64,000 nucleotides of DNA from Chrysomallon squamiferum (taxonomy: Eukaryota; Animalia; Mollusca), in the NCBI GenBank assembly GCA_012295275.1, contig CM022668.1, positions 15,748,001 through 15,812,000 on the forward strand. Reading direction: 5' to 3'. Below are positions 55,407-64,000 of this stretch, piece after piece; within the stretch, counting starts at the first letter, position 1; every line of letters begins with the position of its first letter. Made by a program: the position numbers and the translations under genes. The notes beneath the pieces were generated by a model that saw nothing but the letters and a program-made list of their open reading frames with translations, did no database searches and had not been told where the DNA came from.

Positions 55407-57211
55407 GTAGTTGTTGCTGTTGTTCTTTATTTATTAATTATTGTTGTCGTTGTTGTTTTTATTTATTAATTCATTATTATTTATCATCATCATCATCATC
55501 ATCATCATCATATTATCATCATTATTTATCTGACTATTATTATCATATTATTACTATTTCTAAACGACAGATTCCCAGGTACAAAAAAAAAAAAAAAAAA
55601 AAAACAACAACAACTAAAGAACCGTTACTCTGTACCATCTGTCAAGGGCAGATAAATTAAATCGTCACAAAAATTGGTCTCTCTACACAGTTGCGTAACT
55701 GAAGACAACCAGCGAGCCTAACCGAGTTGGCCGCCATCTAACGTTACGTTATTTTGTTTCTCCGTAATGGATTTATAATTTGCCGACTTTGTACTCGGTG
55801 TGCTGCGCGCTAAATCTCGTGTTGACATTGGCCACGCCCCTTTGTTAATCATGTGGCCAAATATTGACAGGTCTTTGGAGTCATAATTGGACGGGATTAT
55901 GGCGAAGTGGAAAGACGATCGTGTTAAACGTGGAGGATGCAGGAGATTATTTTACCAACTACCTTTTAAGGAAAGGAGTTTAAAGTGACGAAGATGATGT
56001 GTTTTTTTTATTATTATTGGTTTATAAATTTTGTTGTTGTCGTTGTTTATGTTGTGTTGTTGTTTGTTGTTATTAGTGACAGTTGTGGTAGATTGTTATA
56101 TACGGAGGGGGGAGGGTTGTGTTGCTGTTGGTGGTGGTGGCTGTGGTTTTAATAAATGTAGTGGTTGTATGGACGCAGTAGTAGTAGTAGTAGTAGCAGT
56201 AGTGATGATGATAGTAGTAACAATAGCAAAGTAACAGCAGAAATAATAGTAGTTGTAGTAACAACAGCAATAACTAGTATATTAGTAGTAGTAATAGTGG
56301 TAGGGTAGTAGTAGTAGTAGTAGTTGTTGTAACAGGGGTGTAGTCATCATCATTGTAGTTGTAGTAACAGTAACAGAGAAATGCTAGTGGTCACAGTAGT
56401 TGTAATAGTAGTAGTATCAAAAGAAGAAACTCTAGTTGTAATAGTTATTAACCCTTCTGCTCACTGAAACTGATAATCGTAAAGCTAGGTAAACAGCTAC
56501 CTGTGTCAGGTAATTAGCGTTGTACTGTAATATTTACTATGAAGCAGGAGACAGTCCTGGTCTGTCTTAAACACAGGAGAACCCTGACTGTGGGCAGGAT
56601 TCAGCTGCATTCACTCTGTTATTACGAAATTAACGGATACCCGACGACACGTCAAAATCCGTTATCGTTAAACATGCAAATGACATCAGCGAAATGCAAA
56701 GCGAGGCTGGAGCCATCATCACGCGCATGCATATTGGGGACCGCGTGCCTTGGGGGCACGTGCGCGAGAGAGAGAGAGAGAGAGACGTTGTCAACCGAGA
56801 ATTGTGAATAAAATTGGGAAAGCTGAGTCAGAGAAATAATTTAGCACGCAAATATCTTAATGAAGACACAATGAGTCGATCCCCGCCATTCAGTTATGGT
56901 AGCAAGTCATTGGCAGATACGTTTAATCCGAATTTCAGCTAAAAAAAAGAACTTGGTCCAGCATGCATGTGCTCATTTCGGGGGGAGGCTGTCAAGATTA
57001 GTTAATAACGAGAGCATTGTAGTCGCGTATTAGCAACTGGCCGCAAACAAATACGATTATAATAAGGTTTGCGCGGAAAGGAATGACGTTTAACGGAGTG
57101 TGTGCGGTTCCAGCAAGTCTTAGTCATCATCATCATCAGGACGTCGAAGTTACGAGCGCCGAAGTTAAAGTGAATGTGGTGAGAAAGATCGTGTTTGGAT
57201 TGTTGTCTCTT

Positions 57212-57286
<75 letters not shown>

Positions 57287-57356
57287 TGAATGTACGTATG
57301 TGTGTATCGTATGGTTGAAGAATTAGGTTATAAGAAATATCGTTATTTCAGAAATA

Positions 57357-57463
<107 letters not shown>

Positions 57464-57566
57464 GCCTTATGTGTGTATGCTTAGGGTAAATAGTAACGTA
57501 TCGAAATTAATCTGAAAATAGACTTTGTGTCTTTTTATTTTGAATTGTTAAACGACTGAAACATCC

Positions 57567-57667
<101 letters not shown>

Positions 57668-58133
57668 CGAAATAAATATGTTTATAACCATTTAGAGAAA
57701 TCAGCCCTAGCCTTTTTTAAAAATCTTAATTTACACTGCTAGTTTTAAGACGTCAAGTAAGTGTAATGTTGATTAATATGATGTAAAAATAACCAAACGA
57801 TCGATAGCAAATGTTATAAAGTAGTTTTAATAATTAAGCAAGCCTAATTTTTCCGTCACCCTAATGTGTCTAAAATAAACATTAATTACTTATGTTAAAA
57901 CGTGAATCCGTGTTTTCAATCCATTTCTTTAAATAAGGAAAAGTGAAAAATATTGATTTATTTATACATACCAATAACTGCTACTTCCTCTCTGTCTCCA
58001 CTGACAAATTCAGACGAAATCTTTCCAGTCCTGGAAAATACGAAAACAAAAAATAATAATAATAATAATAAAAAATGAAAATAAAAATAATAATAATTAG
58101 TCAATATCTAGATTATCTGTCGTATCTTGTAGA

Positions 58134-58168
<35 letters not shown>

Positions 58169-58376
58169 CTCAATAATGGAGTATTCTAAGAATGATTTCT
58201 GCTGCAGTTTAAAACAATCAATATGAAAAGTAAACAGTGACACGGTCTTCAATGATATCTTAATACAAGTTAGTGTACTTCGTCCGCTCACAATGGTTAT
58301 TTCATCCATGAACTGACAAAAATGTAAACAAAAAGCACACAATCTATGATCTTCAAGCGTCAATGAGGGGTTCGAT

Positions 58377-58802
58377 TGAGAGGCGGATCCCTAATCAGTG
58401 ACAGGGTGGGGCGGTGAGGTAGCTATCCCAAGAAAATATTTATTTGTTTGTTTATTTATTTATTTATTTATTTATTTACTTGTTTATTTATTTACTTGTT
58501 TACTTATTTATTTATTTATTTACTTATGTATTTATTTATTTGTTTGTTTGTTTAGTTAGTTAGTTAGTTAATTAGTAAGTTAGTTAGTTAGATCATTTTC
58601 TGAATAATTCTTAATTCATTGATATAAGCAGTAATAGTTAAAATAAGATTAAAATTAATATATGAAGTATTTTTTAAAAATCTTAAATGATATATATATA
58701 TATATATATATACGTCTACATATACATACATACATAGATAGATACATACATACATACATACATACATACATACATACATAGATAGATACATACATACATA
58801 CA

Positions 58803-58836
<34 letters not shown>

Positions 58837-58944
58837 AAAATCAGACGTAATTTTTGAAAATATTTTAAATTAAAATGTTTTATTTATGACGTGGTGTTCA
58901 TGAATGAAAAACAGCCCTCCCAGCTCATCCATGAATCCGCATCA
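58377..58944. mobile_element. Possible decayed member of the same GGCGGATC-TIR element family
   Basis: Left end TGAGAGGCGGATCC is followed by a G-rich tract. Right end GAATCCGCATCA is preceded by a C-rich tract. The interior is overwritten by microsatellites. Confidence 0.3.
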
Positions 58945-59074
58945 TTTATCCAACAAAAAGAAAAAGAACAAAATATTTAAAAAAAGAAAAAAAGAATTAA
59001 AAATGAGCAAAAAAAAAAAGTATAGAAATCGAGAGAGAGAGAGAAAGAAAAAAAATGTAATGTTGACATATACG

Positions 59075-59106
<32 letters not shown>

Positions 59107-59877
59107 ACAAAACATCGCCGCTTCTTTTCAGAAAACTAAAGCACTTCAATTATTTATTCACGATGTCAGGCGAAGCGGAGAATACTAAACAAACATTCCC
59201 GCCTCTCGTATTGTCCACTCGTAACGTGGCCCGTTCGATCCGCCCGCCAGACGACTTTCCACGAAGACGACAATCGGAAAGAACCGAAATAGACAAGTCA
59301 AAACGTTTTGTGCAGACGACTCGTCTATTTATAGAACATTGCCATTTTGAAGACGTTCGATTAGTAAACGAGAGAGGGGGGGTGGTGGGGGGGTTAGGAT
59401 AAGGTGCAGACGACCGGAGTTCGGACATTTTTCGGAAGGAGTAATTGGAGGGAGGAGGGAGGAGGGTGTGAAGTTAAGACGAACTTGATATAATTGAAAG
59501 GAAGTCAGAACTAGGGGGTCTAGGAAGGACTAAGATTAATTACATATTACTGAAAAAGTATAAATGGTAGGGGGTTGGTGAAAAAAGAGATAAACGTGAT
59601 ATTATTTAAGCTAATAAATGGTAGGTTTTTGATGGACTGTATTTATTTTTTCTAAAATGGAAGTACGTGTAAAGATTTTGGGATGGGCAAAATATTAGTG
59701 AAGAAAATAACTAAAAGGGTAGAAAAGGGTAGCTAACAATTTTTTAAATTCTTATTTCACCATTTGCCACCCCCCACACTTGACATGTGATAAAATTATG
59801 TACTGAATATTTATAGTCATGCGTGCGCACGTATACACATGAGACAGAGACAGAGAGAGAGAGAGGGAGAGGGAGGG

Positions 59878-59954
<77 letters not shown>

Positions 59955-61545
59955 CCAAATTTACATGAACGTAGAATTCCGATCGCAAAATTACATCACA
60001 ATATATATAACGTCATAGAAGACTGAATGACGTCGTATTTTGTTTTGTCCAACAAGAAGGTTTGCAGCTATTGTTTTTGAGCTAGACTATTTACAAATAC
60101 TGTTTATTTATTATTTTTTTTTCCTTGAATAGCAACAGTTGTAAAGCAATAATGGTAATACTAGAATTATTGTCTTAATTATTTACACTAAATTATTTAT
60201 TTATTTATTTACTTATTTAATGGTTGTACGTTGTTATTTTGAGGGGGTTTGTGGTTTTTTGTGTGGTTTTTTGTCGTTGGTGTCATTCTTTTTATCCATT
60301 TTTTGTTAGGTTGTTATTATTGTTGTTGCTGTTGTTGTTTCTTAATTAATATTAATTTGAATTTTCTGCTTAAAAATGTACCAATTTAATTTTATTTTAT
60401 TTTGATTTCTCGGTTACTTACATTCTAACTAAAAGCTCTCAAAAACCAAACAATTTCATCACTTTATCCAACACTGCACATAATATTAATAAATTCATGA
60501 TCTTTTTTTCTTCTTCTTCTTCTTCATTTCTATATCTTTTATTCCTCTTCTGCAAATGTTTATGCAATTATTATTTAATTTAGCACCGCACATAAACCGT
60601 ATTGCGATTTCAAAACAAACAAATTCGCGGGACAGATGTTTTGCATTCCGATTGCTCTTTCGATCCTTTTCTCTCGCTCTATCTCCTTAATCAAAATACA
60701 TTTTCATTTTTTAATTCTTCTTTTTTTCTTTTTCCATTTTTTTTTTTTTTTGTTACGCTTTTCATTTCATATCATTTTTTTTTTTTGCTTGTCTGTTCAT
60801 CCACCACTGTCTAAAGCAGACGTCATATCGAATTCAAACTGTTAACGTTCCCTTCAGTGCTTGCTCGGTGGCGCGGAAATGATCACGTGCACGAGACAGC
60901 GCGTGCACGACCCCGCATCCTGCGCGTGATGTGAAGTGACACGGTGCGGCAAACTCGATTGTTTCGCCCGTCCAGTCGAAGTGGGGAAACGCCCAGGGCG
61001 ATTCCCAGACATGACCGAAATGGAACTGAGGGTGGAACGTGGAGATTTTTTTTTTTATTATAATTTTTTTTTAATTTTTTTTTTTTTTTTTTTCAATATC
61101 AAATCTGTCGAAAACATTCGCTAAAAGCAATTTCTTTGTTTTGTTATTTTGTTTTTTTTTTTTAAAAAAGAAAAAAAAAAAGTATTGATTGTTGAATGCG
61201 TGCGAGAGATAATGAAAAAAAATATATTTAATAACATTTTATGTAACATTATAGAAAGATACACAGAGAAACAGACAGACAGACAGACAGACAGAGGGAT
61301 AGTTAAAATGAATAAATAAATATATATAAAGATAAAATTATTAAATATATTTTTTTTTTTTTACTATAAAGAATAAATGATAATAATAATCAACATCTTG
61401 AATACGCTACTGAAATTGTAATTAATATTGAAGCAAAACCATAACAAATTAAATAAATATAGAAAATAAAATAAAATAAAATAAAAAGAATATTATAAAT
61501 AATAAACAATTATTGTTAACATTATTATTATGAAAAAAAATAAAT

Positions 61546-61553
61546 AAAAAAAA
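61546..61553 (-). terminator. Pol III oligo-T terminator of tRNA-Ser copy 1
   Basis: A-run on the plus strand reads as a T-run on the minus strand, a few nt after the tRNA 3' end. Confidence 0.8.
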
Positions 61554-61558
61554 TTATT

Positions 61559-61640
61559 CGCTGCGAGCAGGGTTCGAACCTGCGCGGGAAGATCCCATTG
61601 GATTTCAAGTCCAACGCCTTAACCACTCGGCCATCACAGC
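61559..61640 (-). tRNA. tRNA-Ser, anticodon UGA (copy 1)
   Basis: Reverse complement is GCTGTGATGGCCGAGTGGTTAAGGCGTTGGACTTGAAATCCAATGGGATCTTCCCGCGCAGGTTCGAACCCTGCTCGCAGCG (82 nt). Acceptor stem GCTGTGA/TCGCAGC, A box TGGCCGAGTGG, anticodon arm TTGGA-CT-TGA-AA-TCCAA, long variable arm, B box GGTTCGAACCC, discriminator G. No intron and no encoded CCA. Confidence 0.97.
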
Positions 61641-61701
61641 TGCTGTTTTAACTCTCATTTGTATATTTTGTAGATTTATTTGAAGACTTGATTCTTAGTT
61701 T

Positions 61702-61736
<35 letters not shown>

Positions 61737-61859
61737 GACGACGAAGAAGAACAAGAAGATGGTGATTATGATGAAAATCATTAATTGAAAACATTTAATC
61801 AAATATCAAAAGATATTATTATAAAACGTAAATGGATACGGTTTAAAATATAAAATAAT

Positions 61860-61975
<116 letters not shown>

Positions 61976-62220
61976 TCTCTTTCTCTGTATGTCAGTTCGT
62001 ATATAATTGTATCTTTATTTTTCACTCGCTTTCTCTTATCCTTACACACAAAATCTCACACAACGACAAATGCAAAATATATTTTTTTCTTCTTCTTCTT
62101 TTTTTTTTCAAGAGAGATCTTTTACAAAAAACTGCACTTCCATGAATCACCGTGCACCCGACTAATTCTACCCCTTTAACCCGTACAATCACTCGTCAGT
62201 TTGTTCTGTTTCCCATGTAG

Positions 62221-62350
62221 GTGGGACACGACGTTTGTTTGGGGAAATACGGTATTGATTTTGCTCGTTAGAATTCAATGGTGTCAAACTGCAACTTGTC
62301 CGCCCTATCATAGAAGCATAATTGACTGTTTTCACTCCGTGAACCCCAAG
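62221..62350 (+). other. Candidate 130-nt spliced exon (plus strand)
   Basis: Acceptor tttgttctgtttcccatgtag|G and perfect donor AAG|GTAAGT (62351-62356). One frame is open throughout (xWDTTFVWGNTVLILLVRIQWCQTATCPPYHRSIIDCFHSVNPK). No recognisable homology. Confidence 0.3.
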
Positions 62351-62957
62351 GTAAGTAACTGTTTACAATGAAGGCAAGGACTCCACAAAGAATTAAATAT
62401 GAATGTCGAGTCGGTTCTAACAAACAGCAGAATGCACGAAATCGCCAGGCACTCTGACATGTTTGGTTTCGTACACGTCACGTATGGGACACACAGACGC
62501 ACAGACGAAAAGTAATAATTTATGAGCCAGCAACAAAAAGGTTACAAAGATGCTCTTTTTATAAATGCGAATATTTTCCCATGCTGTCTGATGAGTCGAC
62601 GGTGGTAAATATGTACAATTATACAATTACCGAAGTGAATGGTTTCTGAATCCGGTCCGGAAGGGTTGTCAGTTCAAGGGGGTGGTGGGTAGAGACTGGT
62701 GGGGTCACATTAACTAAGAAACACACCCGCGACTGGCCCTTCAAGCAAATTTTCGCGTGTTCATGTTTAACTTAATGGCTGAAACAGACACACAGACACA
62801 CAGACACACAGACGTACGTTCCTGACACAGGTTCTAATGACGACACAATTCGCCACGTTAACCAAACTGAGTCGTTTTCTTTTCTTTTTCGGATTTTCCA
62901 GTTCATTATACATGCTTAATTTTAAGCCATAAATTTATCATAAAAAAAAAAAAAAAT

Positions 62958-63214
62958 TGTACAAGTATGCCTTTCGTGGGTAAACAAGCTTTGACTTCAC
63001 AAGAAAGCGCTTCAAACGCGTGTTTTTCTTTCATACAAGTTTTACACGTTAAAACTCCGAACAAACGTTTCTAAAGTAACAAAACTGTACAAGTACGCCT
63101 TTCGTGGGTAAACAGCCTTTGACGTCACATCCAAAGCGCTTCAAACGCGTGTTTTTCTTTCATACAAGTTTTACACGTTAAAACTCTGGACAGACGTTTC
63201 TGAAGTAACAAAAC
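62958..63214. repeat. Recent tandem duplication, 2 x ~128 bp
   Basis: tgtacaagtaYgcctttcgtgggtaaaca...aaagcgcttcaaacgcgtgtttttctttcatacaagttttacacgttaaaactc...agtaacaaaac starts at 62958 and 63086, with few substitutions and one indel. Confidence 0.95.
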
Positions 63215-63443
63215 TGGAAAGTAAGTTCATGACTTTAACTGGACAGCAACAATTTCCTGTATTCTGGACAATTATTAATTGCTTGACCGCTGGCACACGG
63301 AAAGAAAACACAGATCAACAGAAAGAAAGTGAAGACAAAGCAGACGACAGCAAGGAGAAGCAAATCTGTGACGACAACAGTTACAACAACAGTAACAACA
63401 ACAGTAACGATAAAAACAACAACAAAAACGTTTCAAAGAAAAC

Positions 63444-63450
63444 AAAAAAA
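63444..63450 (-). terminator. Pol III oligo-T terminator of tRNA-Ser copy 2
   Basis: A7 on the plus strand reads as T7 on the minus strand, 7 nt after the tRNA 3' end. Confidence 0.8.
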
Positions 63451-63457
63451 TACATTT

Positions 63458-63539
63458 CGCTGCGAGCAGGGTTCGAACCTGCGCGGGAAGATCCCATTGG
63501 ATTTCAAGTCCAACGCCTTAACCACTCGGCCATCACAGC
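63458..63539 (-). tRNA. tRNA-Ser, anticodon UGA (copy 2, identical to copy 1)
   Basis: Same 82-nt sequence as 61559-61640 with different flanks. Confidence 0.97.
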
Positions 63540-64000
63540 TGTTGTGTTAGATATATTTTTTTATTTGATAACTAAACCTTTTTACAAAAACTATACCACT
63601 AATAAATAAATATAATAGTAGCAGTAGTAGTAGTAATAAAAGTATTTATAGAAACAGTAGAAGTATAAGAAGGGGAAGTAAACAAGAAATAGAAGATGCT
63701 GATGTTTTATCAATAATTATTGTTAGTTTGGTTGTTTGTTTTTTTTTTTGTTGTTGCTGCTGTTGTTACTGCAACTGTTATTGTTGTTGCTCATGATGTT
63801 GTTGTTGTCATCATCATAACATCATCATCCTACTCATCACTACGAATTTGGTTTCAGCAAGGATTCCAACAGAAGTAATCTTCTGCTTAAAATAAAATAA
63901 AAAAAAAAAAAAAAAAAAAATGAAGTAATCTTTCCATAAGAGTTTTCTCTTCACCAGAAATGTTTCTGATCCGTCCTATGATCAAATAAAAAATAAAAAA

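Noticed and set aside
63229-63609. 126-aa and 73-aa ORFs near the right end
   Set aside because: They run through an AAC-rich repeat and the antisense of tRNA-Ser copy 2.

Overview
This is AT-rich, extremely microsatellite-dense eukaryotic DNA from an invertebrate bilaterian. A mollusc, possibly a gastropod, is my inference from repeat style only. There is one confident protein-coding gene: an intronless-CDS Frizzled-5/8 Wnt receptor on the minus strand (44222-46036). Two identical tRNA-Ser(UGA) genes lie about 15.5 and 17.5 kb upstream of it (61559-61640, 63458-63539, both minus). The rest is a gene desert of simple repeats alternating with 300-900 bp islands of complex, CpG-containing sequence rich in transcription-factor motifs (CRE/ATF, TCF, Sox, KLF/Sp, TAATTA, YY1, MEF2), as expected around a developmental regulator. 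Also present are decayed tRNA-headed SINE copies, a MITE with perfect 14-bp TIRs, several old 30-130 bp tandem repeats and a 1.25 kb (CACTA)n array. Almost all ORFs in the supplied track are microsatellite artefacts or shadows of the GC-rich Fz CDS. I see no demonstrably new biological system. The best leads are regulatory: a G-quadruplex 8 nt after the Fz stop codon, a uORF/start-stop-laden 5' leader, a co-oriented TCF cluster, motif-enriched islands and possible plus-strand (antisense) exons.
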